Source: an uncultured cyanobacterium (GTDB lineage: Bacteria > Cyanobacteriota > Cyanobacteriia > CAKZMO01). Taken from it: DNA of 64,000 nt. Below are positions 29,643 to 40,100 of this stretch, one piece after another. The position numbers and the translations under genes were made by a program. Under the pieces are notes generated by a model. That model did no database searches and was not told the origin of the DNA. It saw nothing but the letters and a program-made list of their open reading frames with translations. The stretch's first letter is position 1; every line of letters begins with the position of its first letter. Location: the NCBI GenBank assembly GCA_963719515.1, contig CAVRCJ010000003.1, positions 96,001 through 160,000 of the forward strand, given 5' to 3'.

Positions 29643-31853
29643 TTATTCAGCCAGAGCCGCTTCGGGGAGGCGCGTGACGACGCTTACCAGAGGGCCAGCC
29701 TGGTCTTGCCCCGAGGTGGACAGATCGCTGTGGCACAGATACAGTCGCTCCCCCACCCGCCCCGCCAAATCTACGAGGCTGCGGTGCAGACGAACCTGAT
29801 TGATAGAGAGGGTATCAGCAGCGGACCAAGGGTGCCCGGACCAGCTTTTCAAAAACAGCGGCGCGCCAAACAGCGGCGGAGCCCCCGTCAGCCACAGCGG
29901 CGAGCCCACATCGAGCCAAAAGTGCCAGCGGTGGGACAGCCGTAGGGAGCGGTACTGAAAGGCCGTCGCTAGGGTGACCGCGGCGGCAGGCTTTAACGGA
30001 CGCACCGGGTAGGGGTCGGCAGTAATGGTTCCGTCCCGCAGCAGCTGGATAAAGCGGGCGATCGCCAGGGTCCCTGTCTCTTGTAGCCCAGACGACTGGA
30101 GGCGGGCCTCCACCTCCCAATAGTGCTGGGCAGTCTCCATTAGCTCCCGCAGCGACGACTGGGCGTCGACGGGCAGGTGGGTACCGCCGTACAAAAATTG
30201 CTGAATCGCCCGGTCAAGCAGGGTTGCCGGGTTAGGCAGCAGGCGCTGCTGCAGCTGGGTTTGCTGGGCCATAATCCACTGGCGGAGCTGCTCATAGGCG
30301 TCTGCAGCCCGATAGCCGATGCGATCCCAGCGGGGAAATACCGTCACCGGCAGCAGCTGAGGCTGGTCGGGATCGGCCTGGAAGCAGTGGTCCACAATCA
30401 GCCCCGCCCTGACGGGGTCGATGGCCATGGGGCTAGTGGCTTGGCCTGTCACCTGTCCCGTCCTCTGGCCCGCGGCCTGTCCTGTGTCTTGGCCCGTCGC
30501 CTGGCCCTTCCCTTGGCCTATGCCTGAAGCTAGCCCCTGGGGCAAAGCGCTGAGAATAATCAGCATCTCCGCCACCTCTCGCTCGCTCACCAGCCGCCCC
30601 AAGCCGGGGTACACCAGAGCCACCAACGTCAGCAGCGATCGCACCAAAGAGGAGCTGATCAGCGGCTGCTGGTCATTGAGAGAGGCGACTTCGATTCCCT
30701 GGTCCATCAAAATCGTGCGCAGCGTGTAGCGGGCGATGCTGTCGAGTCCGGGGCCGACGATCGCAACGTCTTGGGGCTGTACCCGCTTCGACTTCACGGC
30801 TTGGACAATGGTGGTGGCCATCTGCCTCAGCAGCGCCGCCCGCGATAGGGTTTGCAGGGCGTGAACGCTGCCGCCCTGAGTAATGCGCTCCACCGGCTGC
30901 AGAGGGGTTTGCAGCGCCTCCCACAGCTGCTCTCCCACCGGCTGTAAAGACGCTGCAAGGGGCTCTAGTGCCTCAATTTGGCAGCGCGACTGCAGCTCGG
31001 CTAGGGCATCGGCGTCGCCCCCCAGCCCCCAGCGAATATTGCCGTCGGGGTTGGAGGTAAACAGACCTGGGAGTCCGGCGTCTAGCAACAGGGAAAACAG
31101 CTGGGCGGCGATCGCCGGATAGTTGTCCACATCGTCAGCCAGCACGGCGGCGTAGCGGCGCTGCAGCTGCTCCCGGTAGATTGGATTGGTCAGCAGCACT
31201 CGCCAATAGAGATCGGAGACAATCCCGTAGGTCAGCAGCCCTCGCTCCAGACACCAGCGCCGCCAGCCGCGCAGCGCTTCCCCATAGGATATCCAGTCTC
31301 GCTCGCTGGAAATGCCCTGATGCAGCAGCGCCGGAATGTCATCTACCGGCACGGCCCCGCTGCCCGCCAGCTGCAGCAAATCCAGCAGTCGCCGCACTAG
31401 GGCATCGTCGCTGAGGCCCTCTTGCTGAAGCTGCCCGCCGTCAAGCAAGGGCTGCCACAGCCTTTTGGCGAGCTGCTGCTCCGTCTCAGGGCGCAGCAGC
31501 AAAGGGAAGCGCACGGGAATCTCAAGCGCTTGAACAATCAAGGGCCAAAACAAAACCACCTCGTCTTTAAAGAAGCCCAGGGGAGTCGTGGAGTCAAAGG
31601 GAGAGCGGCCCGGTGATGGTTGCTTCGACGCCAGCGCCGTAATCTGCTCTACTAGGGCGATGCGCGTGTCCCCCGTGGCGGCAAAGACAAGCAAACCGCG
31701 CCCGCGCCAGTCCGGACGGGGCAAGTCACGGGGCGGGGGGAGCTGACCCGCTGACCCGCTCCAGTGACGAAACTGCTCAATCAGCCGGGCCGTTTTCCCG
31801 CTGCGGGTCGGTCCCGAAATCCAGTAGGCGGTCGATAGGTCAGCCGCAAGCAT
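29643..31853 (-). CDS. Conserved cyanobacterial UvrD/REP-helicase-like P-loop protein
   Basis: Walker A GPTRSGKT, degenerate ADDVDNY (DEYQD-like), motif-VI-like RVGERLYL. Confidence 0.75.
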   Translation of the reverse strand: MLAADLSTAYWISGPTRSGKTARLIEQFRHWSGSAGQLPPPRDLPRPDWRGRGLLVFAATGDTRIALVEQITALASKQPSPGRSPFDSTTPLGFFKDEVVLFWPLIVQALEIPVRFPLLLRPETEQQLAKRLWQPLLDGGQLQQEGLSDDALVRRLLDLLQLAGSGAVPVDDIPALLHQGISSERDWISYGEALRGWRRWCLERGLLTYGIVSDLYWRVLLTNPIYREQLQRRYAAVLADDVDNYPAIAAQLFSLLLDAGLPGLFTSNPDGNIRWGLGGDADALAELQSRCQIEALEPLAASLQPVGEQLWEALQTPLQPVERITQGGSVHALQTLSRAALLRQMATTIVQAVKSKRVQPQDVAIVGPGLDSIARYTLRTILMDQGIEVASLNDQQPLISSSLVRSLLTLVALVYPGLGRLVSEREVAEMLIILSALPQGLASGIGQGKGQATGQDTGQAAGQRTGQVTGQATSPMAIDPVRAGLIVDHCFQADPDQPQLLPVTVFPRWDRIGYRAADAYEQLRQWIMAQQTQLQQRLLPNPATLLDRAIQQFLYGGTHLPVDAQSSLRELMETAQHYWEVEARLQSSGLQETGTLAIARFIQLLRDGTITADPYPVRPLKPAAAVTLATAFQYRSLRLSHRWHFWLDVGSPLWLTGAPPLFGAPLFLKSWSGHPWSAADTLSINQVRLHRSLVDLAGRVGERLYLCHSDLSTSGQDQAGPLVSVVTRLPEAALAE

Positions 31854-32070
31854 GCTCACAAGTTTGATACGATACACATACTTTACCGATTGGGCCCGCT
31901 GCCAGCCACCGGTCTAACCAGCCCCTCATTTTCTCGGCATAGGCAGCTCTGGGCTTTGAGCTTTCGTTGTTTTAGCGCCTTCAGTTTCAGCGCTGCCGCC
32001 TCAATCGTCAGTTTAGCTGAGTGGCCGCGATCCTGCCCGTGGTCGTTCTACCTGTATTGCACTACACCCC

Positions 32071-33507
32071 ATGAGATCATCTCCGTCCGGCACGATTCAA
32101 GGCCTTTTCCGCAGCGCCAACCGCTGGTTTGAGCGCACGCCGAGACGTGCCCTCAACGACGCCTACGAGGCCGCGATCGCCATCAAGGCGATTGAAGACA
32201 ACCACTTTGGCGGCGGCAAAATCGCCTCTGAATCCGGCGAATATAGCCAAAACGTCTATGGCTACTTTCGCTCTCAGCTGACCAGCAATCTGAGAACTAT
32301 TCGAGTGCGGCTGACGGAATTTAAGCTGAGCGACTCGGTGATTCGTGCCACCCGCTCGAGCCGAAGCCCCGATCAAATTGACGTTGATGAGGTGGCGACC
32401 GAGCTGCAAACGATAGACATCAGCAACGACGCCCGAGCCACCCTGCGCAAGCTTAAGTTTATTGACCAGGTGCTGAGCCGCTACCGGGCGGTCCCCAGTG
32501 AGCCAGCCCAGACTGAGGCAGCGGCAGGAGAGCGCCAGCGGCAGGGCGGCCTACGCTTCGGACGGGCCGCTCCCCCCGGTGGCCTAGCCCCAAACGGCTC
32601 AGCGGCCATGCTGTCGGCTACTGCAAAAGACGAAGCGCAGATGCGGCAGGCCCGCCGTGCAGGGAAGTCTGACGTCAAGTCGTCCGTGCTCAAAGATACG
32701 GCCTCCCTTACCGATAAGACGGGGGTCCTGCCTCGCTCCATCCTGCGGACGGTGGACCGAATCACGCGGGAGCTTGATCCCGCCGCAGAGAACGAGGTGG
32801 TGGACGAATTCCGCGATTCCAAGGCGCGTACAGCGGTATCGCTGCGGTTCATTCTGCTGCTGATTATCGTGCCGCTGCTCACCCACCAGGTGAGCAAAAA
32901 TTTCATAGTAGGGCCAATTGTAGACGCGGTGCGCCCGGTTGAAGAGACGACCATATTTCTCAACGAAGAGATGGAAGAGGAGGCCATACGCGAGCTCAAC
33001 CTGTTCCGCGAGCGTCTCCAGTTTGAGCGCCTTGTGGGGGTGGCCCCAGAACTCACCAACGACGCCATCGATGAGCAGGTGAAAGAGAAGGCTCAGGACA
33101 TTGAGGTGGCCTACCGCCGCCGCAGCGGTGGCGCCGTCAAGAACGTGTTTGCAGACATTTTGTCGGTACTGGCGTTCGTGTCGATTCTCATGATTAGTAA
33201 GCGCGAGATCGCTACCCTCAAATCCTTTATTGATGAAGTCGTTTACGGCCTCAGCGACAGCGCCAAAGCCTTCATCATCATTTTGCTGACCGATACCTTC
33301 GTAGGCTTTCACTCCCCCCACGGCTGGGAGATCATTTTGGAAGGAGCCGCTCGCCATTTCGGGCTGCCCGCCAATCGAGATTTCATCTTTATCTTTATTG
33401 CCACCTTTCCGGTCATCCTGGATACGGTGTTCAAGTACTGGATCTTCCGCTATCTCAACCGAATTTCGCCGTCGGCGGTGTCCACCTACAAGACCATGAA
33501 CGAGTAG
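32071..33507 (+). CDS. pcxA: Proton extrusion protein PcxA (CemA family)
   Basis: Motifs GVLPRSILRT, GLSDSAKAFIIIL, VGFHSPHGWE and KYWIFRYLNRISPS. Confidence 0.95.
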   Translation: MRSSPSGTIQGLFRSANRWFERTPRRALNDAYEAAIAIKAIEDNHFGGGKIASESGEYSQNVYGYFRSQLTSNLRTIRVRLTEFKLSDSVIRATRSSRSPDQIDVDEVATELQTIDISNDARATLRKLKFIDQVLSRYRAVPSEPAQTEAAAGERQRQGGLRFGRAAPPGGLAPNGSAAMLSATAKDEAQMRQARRAGKSDVKSSVLKDTASLTDKTGVLPRSILRTVDRITRELDPAAENEVVDEFRDSKARTAVSLRFILLLIIVPLLTHQVSKNFIVGPIVDAVRPVEETTIFLNEEMEEEAIRELNLFRERLQFERLVGVAPELTNDAIDEQVKEKAQDIEVAYRRRSGGAVKNVFADILSVLAFVSILMISKREIATLKSFIDEVVYGLSDSAKAFIIILLTDTFVGFHSPHGWEIILEGAARHFGLPANRDFIFIFIATFPVILDTVFKYWIFRYLNRISPSAVSTYKTMNE

Positions 33508-33532
33508 GGATAGGGCAGTGCCCTGCCCTTGC
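33503..33532. repeat. Degenerate GTAG-type REP-like hairpin/terminator
   Basis: gtagggatagggcagtgccctgcccttgc, between convergent genes. Confidence 0.45.
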
Positions 33533-33540
33533 AACCCGGC

Positions 33541-34917
33541 CTACGACTCTACCTTCGTTTCTTGCAGCGCCTGACCAACAGCGATCGCCGCAGCAACCTC
33601 ACCTTGCTGCGGCCTTGCCTGGAGGCCCGGATCCGTTACTCGCAGGGCAAGCAGCGCCCCGATGGCAAAGCATACCCCCCCCAGTATCACCGCCGAGAGC
33701 CGGTTGTCGTGAAACACGTTGGACATCACCCAGCCCAACCCCAGAGAGGCCAGCACCTCCGGCAGGACGATGAAAGAATTAAAAATGCCCATGTAGATGC
33801 CACCCTTTTTAAGGGGTAAAGACCCCACCAAAATGGCGTAGGGCATCGACAGCAAACTAGCCCAGGCAATGCCAACCCCCACCATCGACAGCAGCAGCAG
33901 GTAGCGATCATGGACAACCCCAATGGAAAGGGTGCCCACCGCCCCGGCCCCCATACAGAGCGCGTGGGTCACCTTGCGGCTGGTGAGCCGCGCCATCTGA
34001 GGCAGCAAAAAGGAGGCCACGACGCACACCGCGTTGTACATCGCCATGCAGACCCCGGCCCAGGCAATGCCCTCGGCGTAGAGGGCGGAATGTTCATTTA
34101 CCGCGCCAAACACATTGCGGGCGATCGCTGGGGGAAAGTAGAGGAATAGACAGTACATTCCGAGCCAGCTAAAGCACTGGGTCCAGGCCAGCTGCCGCAT
34201 GGTCAAGGGCATTTCCCGCAGCGCCGTCCCGATTTCCCGAAAGGTGCTGCCCACCCCCAGCCGCCGCTCCTGCTGACGCTCAAAGGCCGCCATGTCTTTG
34301 GGCGGGTATTCCTTGGTGGTGAATACGGTCCACAGCACGCAGCTCAAAAATACGGCGCTGCCAATATAAAAGGAGAGGGTGACGCTGAAGGGAATGGTCT
34401 CAGACTCAGCGCTGATGGGAATGAACCACTGATTGAGTACCCAGGGCAGCGCCGAGGCGATGATGGCTCCCACCCCCACAAAGACGCTCTGCATCGCAAA
34501 GGCCTTGGTGCGCTGCTCCGGCGGCACTAAATCCCCCACAAAGGCGCGAAACGGCTCCATGCTGATGTTGGCAGCGGTGTCGAGCAGCCACAGCGACCCC
34601 ACCGCAATCCAGAGGCTGGAGGAGTTGGGCACAATAATCAGCGCGATGGAAGCAAGAATCGCGCCGATCAAGAAGTAGGGCCGTCTGCGCCCCAGGGGTC
34701 CCCAAGTGTTGTCGCTGAGGTTGCCAATAATGGGCTGGACGATCAGCCCTGTGAGCGGCGCGGCCAGCCACAGAATAGGAATCTGGTGGGCGTCAGCTCC
34801 TAAATATTCAAATATGGCGCTTGTGTTGGTCATCTGCAGACCCCAGCCAAACTGAATGCCGAGGAACCCAACACTCATGTTTGAAAGCTGCCAGAGGGTC
34901 AATTTTGGTTTATTCAT
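33541..34917 (-). CDS. MFS sugar:H+ symporter (sucrose/maltose SUC-MalT/SLC45-like)
   Basis: Motifs GFLGIQFGWGLQ, IVQPIIGNLSD, GRRRPY, MEPFRAFVGD and GIYMGIFN. Confidence 0.9.
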   Translation of the reverse strand: MNKPKLTLWQLSNMSVGFLGIQFGWGLQMTNTSAIFEYLGADAHQIPILWLAAPLTGLIVQPIIGNLSDNTWGPLGRRRPYFLIGAILASIALIIVPNSSSLWIAVGSLWLLDTAANISMEPFRAFVGDLVPPEQRTKAFAMQSVFVGVGAIIASALPWVLNQWFIPISAESETIPFSVTLSFYIGSAVFLSCVLWTVFTTKEYPPKDMAAFERQQERRLGVGSTFREIGTALREMPLTMRQLAWTQCFSWLGMYCLFLYFPPAIARNVFGAVNEHSALYAEGIAWAGVCMAMYNAVCVVASFLLPQMARLTSRKVTHALCMGAGAVGTLSIGVVHDRYLLLLSMVGVGIAWASLLSMPYAILVGSLPLKKGGIYMGIFNSFIVLPEVLASLGLGWVMSNVFHDNRLSAVILGGVCFAIGALLALRVTDPGLQARPQQGEVAAAIAVGQALQETKVES

Positions 34918-35101
34918 TTGTGAAGAAATACCGTCAGCGCCATTTCGAGCATATCGCGATATCTCTAAGCTCTGCATAGCTCAGGCTACAAGACCATGTC
35001 AGCGATCGCCAATGGACCAAGTGAATAACTATCTAAAAATGCGCTCAAGAGAGTCAAAATCGCGGGGTACAATAGAGCGGTTGTATCCTAGAACACGAGC
35101 C

Positions 35102-36397
35102 TTGATTGAGCGCTACACCCTTCCCGAGATGGGCGATTTGTGGACAACCGAATACAAGCTTAAGACCTGGCTGCGGGTCGAGATTGCCGTTTGCGAGGCT
35201 CAAGCAGAGCTAGGGTACATCCCTGCTGAGGCGGTAGAGACAATTAAGGAAAAAGCTGACTTCGACCCCGACCGCGTGCTGGAGATCGAAAAAGAGGTCA
35301 AGCATGACGTGATCGCGTTCCTCACCAACGTCAACGAATACGTAGGGGATGCGGGGCGCTACATTCACCTGGGGATGACCAGCTCAGACATGCTGGATAC
35401 GGCCCTCGCGCTGCAGATGGTGGATAGCCTAGACGTGATGCTCAGCGCCGTAGAAGCCCTGACCCAGTCTATCCGCTACCAGGCTCAGCAGCACCGCTAC
35501 ACCGTGATGATTGGCCGCTCCCACGGCATCCACGCCGAGCCCATCACCTTTGGCTTCAAGCTAGCAGGCTGGCTGGCGGAGATGCTGCGCCACCGCGATC
35601 GCCTTTGCCAAACCCGCAGCCGGGTCGCGGTGGGTAAGATCTCCGGGGCGGTAGGCACCTACGCCAACATCGAGCCCCGTGTCGAGGCGCTCACCTGCCA
35701 AAAGCTAGGGCTGCAGCCCGACTGCGCCTCCACCCAAATTGTCTCGCGCGATCGCCACGCTGAATTTTTGCAGACTTTGGCCCTGGTGGCCGCCAGCCTG
35801 GAGCGCTTCTCGGTGGAGATTCGCAACCTGCAGCGCACGGACGTACTGGAAGTAGAAGAGTATTTTTCCAAGGGGCAAAAGGGCTCGTCGGCCATGCCCC
35901 ACAAGCGCAACCCGATTAAATCGGAGCGGATATCGGGGCTGGCGAGGGTGATTCGCGGCAACGCCGTGGCTGCTCTAGAAAATGTGGCCCTGTGGCACGA
36001 GCGGGATATCTCCCACAGCTCCGTAGAGCGGATGATTTTGCCGGATTCCTGCACCCTACTGCACTTCATGCTGGTGGAGATGACGGGACTGGTGCAGAAC
36101 CTGCTGGTGTACCCCGAGAATATGGCCCGCAACATGAACTGCTACGGCGGAGTGGTGTTCAGTCAGCGGGTGCTGCTGGCGCTGGTGGACAAAGGCATGA
36201 ACCGTGAGGAAGCCTACAGCGCGGTGCAGGGCTGCGCTCATGCGGCCTGGAATACCGCCGATGGAGATTTCCAGGCGCTGGTGACCCAGAATGAGACAAT
36301 TACCGCGCAGCTGTCGTCAGAGGAGATTGAAGATTGCTTTGACCCGAAGCATCACCTGCGGCATTTAGATCAGGTGTACGAGCGGCTGAACATTTAG
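35102..36397 (+). CDS. purB: Adenylosuccinate lyase
   Basis: TTG-IERY start; motifs KHDVIAF, GRSHGIHAEP and GSSAMPHKRNP. Confidence 0.97.
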   Translation: MIERYTLPEMGDLWTTEYKLKTWLRVEIAVCEAQAELGYIPAEAVETIKEKADFDPDRVLEIEKEVKHDVIAFLTNVNEYVGDAGRYIHLGMTSSDMLDTALALQMVDSLDVMLSAVEALTQSIRYQAQQHRYTVMIGRSHGIHAEPITFGFKLAGWLAEMLRHRDRLCQTRSRVAVGKISGAVGTYANIEPRVEALTCQKLGLQPDCASTQIVSRDRHAEFLQTLALVAASLERFSVEIRNLQRTDVLEVEEYFSKGQKGSSAMPHKRNPIKSERISGLARVIRGNAVAALENVALWHERDISHSSVERMILPDSCTLLHFMLVEMTGLVQNLLVYPENMARNMNCYGGVVFSQRVLLALVDKGMNREEAYSAVQGCAHAAWNTADGDFQALVTQNETITAQLSSEEIEDCFDPKHHLRHLDQVYERLNI

Positions 36398-36648
36398 GCA
36401 AACTTAGCGCTACGGTTGAGATTGATAATCTCGCGTCGATTTGCCTATGGGAGCCTCCATAACTGGTATTAGTTCTAGGGCTGACTTGCTGACTGCCATC
36501 AGCCCTAGACGTTTTCCCCTAGCTCAGTTTGGGTTCTGCCTCAATCGGCCTAACCCGAACTAATGCTAAGAGACGAAACGCGGATAAACCAGTCGAGGTT
36601 TTGGCGATCGCCCCTCTGTGCGAGGAATCGCACCAAAGCAGCCGCAGC

Positions 36649-36918
36649 TTAAGGATCGCACACTTTTTCTGCAATTTTTTGCCTACGGAACGCTCTCGCT
36701 TGCGCTCTCGTGCTGAAGCAACCAAGCTCCTGTGTTGCTACCGCCTCTGCACCTACCTCAGATCCTTCTGCAGTCTCCCGTGAAGACGCAAGTCCTGCGA
36801 ATTGAACGATTATGCACCGGCCGTCATTTTGCTTATAGACGCACCATACGCCTGCGGAATTCTGTTCAATTTCCATACCGTCCTGTTCAATTTCCATACC
36901 GCTTTGTTCGGCTTCCAT
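36649..36918 (-). CDS. Small conserved-type cyanobacterial protein with N-terminal 7-aa repeats
   Basis: W.VYKQNDGRC.I...GCFSTRAQA...C.P pattern; 21-bp tandem repeats at 36861-36918. Confidence 0.5.
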   Translation of the reverse strand: MEAEQSGMEIEQDGMEIEQNSAGVWCVYKQNDGRCIIVQFAGLASSRETAEGSEVGAEAVATQELGCFSTRAQARAFRRQKIAEKVCDP

Positions 36919-37175
36919 AGATCTCTGTCCAAATTTTACTAAGTGATTGTATAGCACGGCCAGAACCAAACGTGAGAGAACAATCCCAAGGGGAGTTCAC
37001 CCTCAGATGGCCAAAACCAGCGCTCAAGGTGTCGCTGGATCTTGAGTTTTTAGTCGATCTGGCAACTCAGAGATTCAGTGACTTTCTTAAAAGCTTATAC
37101 GGTAGAGTTTGAGAGATTATGCAAGGATAGCCTAGGAAGGTTGAGTAAATTAGCCTCAAGCGCGGGCAATATCCC

Positions 37176-40100
37176 TCAGTTCTCGCATGGAAGCGAGGAA
37201 GACGCTAACGGCTGCGCTTCTGCCACCAACACAATCTGACCCTGCTCATTTTTTATCCAGCCCTGGGCTTCAACAACAGGGACAATCGCCGGTCTAGCTT
37301 CTCTGGAGAAACTGCGCCGACCGCTGTCTACGGCCGGCCTCTGGTCATCGTGCGCCTGGCTTTGGATTTCGTTAGGGACAGCTTCATGACCGACAATGGG
37401 CAGCACGTCCTGCCACGGCGCGATCGCCGCCGGGTCGAGCGGACTTTGAGGAATACCGCCCCGACCCGTAACAATGAACTGGCTACCGGAAGCGACAAAC
37501 GTCTCGCGGCAGCTTTGGACCAAGTCTGGGGCCGCAAAGGTAGTGGGGAGCTCGACGGTCGATTGATCAGGATCGACCTCAGGGCTTTGAATGACAATTT
37601 CGCCGAAGACGCCGTTGCGAGAGCTAGCGGTAATATCGCTTTGGGTCGTGCGAAAGCGACGGGGAACGATACCAAAAATACCGCTGCTGGCGGTGATATC
37701 GACGTTGCCACCCATGCCATCAAAGGCGTTGGCGGTGATATCGCTGTTCCCGCCAGCCGTGAGAAAGCGGGTAGTGATGGAGATATCTCCGCCGTCGCCA
37801 CCGCCTTCAGCGGCTCCGGCGGTAGTAGAAATTTCGCTGCCGCCCTGGAGCAGCAGCAGGTCGCTCAGAGCGAAGCTCAGGTCACCGCCGTCGCTGCTGA
37901 GCGTGGTGGCACTAATGCGGCTGTTGTCGGCAAGCGTAAGTAGATCTCCCTCTAGGGAAACGCTGCCGCCCTGTCCCTGACCCGCAGAACTTACTGTAAT
38001 GCGGCCGCCGTTGCGTAGCGCCGTCTCACCTGCGATGACGGTAATGCGGCCGCCCTGCCCCGTCGATCTGGGCCCTGTACTAGATTCAATAGAGCTGCTG
38101 TTAATATCTAACCGATCGGCATTGATGCGAATTGCCCCCGCGTTACCCTCCCTGTTGGTATTGCTGTTGATTCGGCTGTCGGTCAGCGTGACCTGTCCGG
38201 GGCTGGTGATGGCGACGCCGCCGGCAGGCTGGCTACCGTTGGCGTCAGCTTGAATTTCGACGTTGTTGAAGGCGATGTTACTAGCACTCTCGATCGCTGT
38301 ATTGCCGGCTTGACCAAAATCATCTAGGTCAAGTGTAAGCGTCCTGGCGTTAGGAACTGGAAAAGGATTAGGAATCTCTACTTGGCCGCTCGTAGTGGTG
38401 CGCAGATTTCTGATCCTCAAGGTTTCTATGAAACCCCGAACGTCAACGTCGCCCGACTGCCCATTGCTCGAGAGCGTGATTATCTCTAGCCCTGAGACAG
38501 TATCAGACATAAAAGAGACTTCCCCCCCAAACCCTGTAATTTCTCCTGTCTCGGCAACAGAGAACGTAACTACCTGAGTCTCATCACCGGCGATCGCCCC
38601 CTCTATTGCCGCTAGGGAAATTTTTCCGCCATTTCCAGCAGTCCCCGAGTTTGAGAAAGAGAATGCGCTCAAATCACTGTCTGTAGAGATATCCCCGGCG
38701 CGCGAGGAGAGGGTGATATTGCCGCCATCGCCACTGTTGCCAGCGCTTGAATCTATTAAGTCCGATGCTAAGTTTGTATTTACGGGGAATACATTGGATA
38801 TCGAGAATGAGTTGGAGTCTAGACGTCTCCCGCTGATGACGATATCCCCGGCGCGTGAGGAGAGGGTAATACTGCCGCCATCGCCACTGTTGCCAGCGCT
38901 CAAATCTGCCGAAAACGGCCTTGAGGTGGCGGGTTTAGAAGTAGCGGAGCTTGAGAACGAATTGGATCTTAGGCTGCCTTCCCTGATGGCGATATCCTCA
39001 GAGCCCGAGGAGATGACGATATCGCCAGAGCCTGAGGAGATGGAGATAGGTCCCCCATCGCCACTATCGCCAGAAACTCCACGTGAGAATGAGGTCGAGG
39101 TTGTGCTGGTCCGTGAGCCTGAGGATGAAGACAGGTCGCCATTGACCGTAACGTTGCCGGTGCGGGAGGAAATAGCAATAGCTCCGCCATCGCCACTATC
39201 GCCGGAAATCGCACCTGCTTCTGATGGCATGCTTAGACCTGAGACCGAGGTCGAGATTGAGGATGAAGACAGGTCGCCATTGACCGTAATGTCCCCGGCG
39301 CGGGAGGACACAGTAATAGCTCCGCCATCGCCACTATCGCCGGAAACGGCGTCCAAACCTGAGAGCGCGTCAGAGCTCGACCCCGTTTCCAGGCTGCCGT
39401 CAATCGTAATGTCCCCAAAGGTAGAGGAAACGCTAATAGCTCCCCCGTCGCCGCTATCACTAGGAACGGTGCTCGAGTCAGCGCGCGACTCAGCGGTGAG
39501 CGGTGAGCTGACCTCAATATCGCCAAAGATAGAGGAAACGCTAATAGCTCCCCCGTCGCCGCTGTCCCCTAGAAGAGAGACAGCTGAGGCATCAACGCTT
39601 CCAACCAGGGTAATGCTCTCTTCAGCCGCTATCTGAATCTGTCCTCCATTTCCGCTATGCCCGCCTCCTGAAGCATCGATACCGGGAGTATCGACCTGGA
39701 TGTTGCCGCCTGCTAGCAAAACGACGTCGCTGCCCTGGTTTCCTGAAGAACCAGCATCGATTCTTGCTGCGGTAATATCGCCCCCGGCAGTGATTTCAAC
39801 CGCGCCGCTTGGGCTATCTATACCCGAGCTGGTCGTGATGACTGCAGCAACAGACAGGTTACCCAGGGCTTCTAGAGTCACTGCGCCCCCCGGCCCACCT
39901 CCAACCGAGGAGGCATTGATGATGAGCTGGGTTCCCTGAGCTGTCCCCCAAGGAGCTCTATTGCCTGCTTGAAGTAACCTGCCAGAATCTCCAGGGGCAT
40001 CGTCTGTTACGGTGAGCGTCCAAGTCCCTTCTGACAGCTGCCCATCGAAAACAGCGAGTCCCCCGTCCCCTTCCGGCTGAAATCTGCCGTTCAATGGCGT

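Noticed and set aside
32599..33534. Long antisense ORFs (311 aa here; also 38713-39636, 40099-40824 and others)
   Set aside because: Shadow frames of well-supported genes in GC-rich DNA, with no motifs of their own.
34856..35101. 82-aa N-terminal extension of purB
   Set aside because: It overlaps the divergent MFS gene; PurB similarity starts at TTG 35102.
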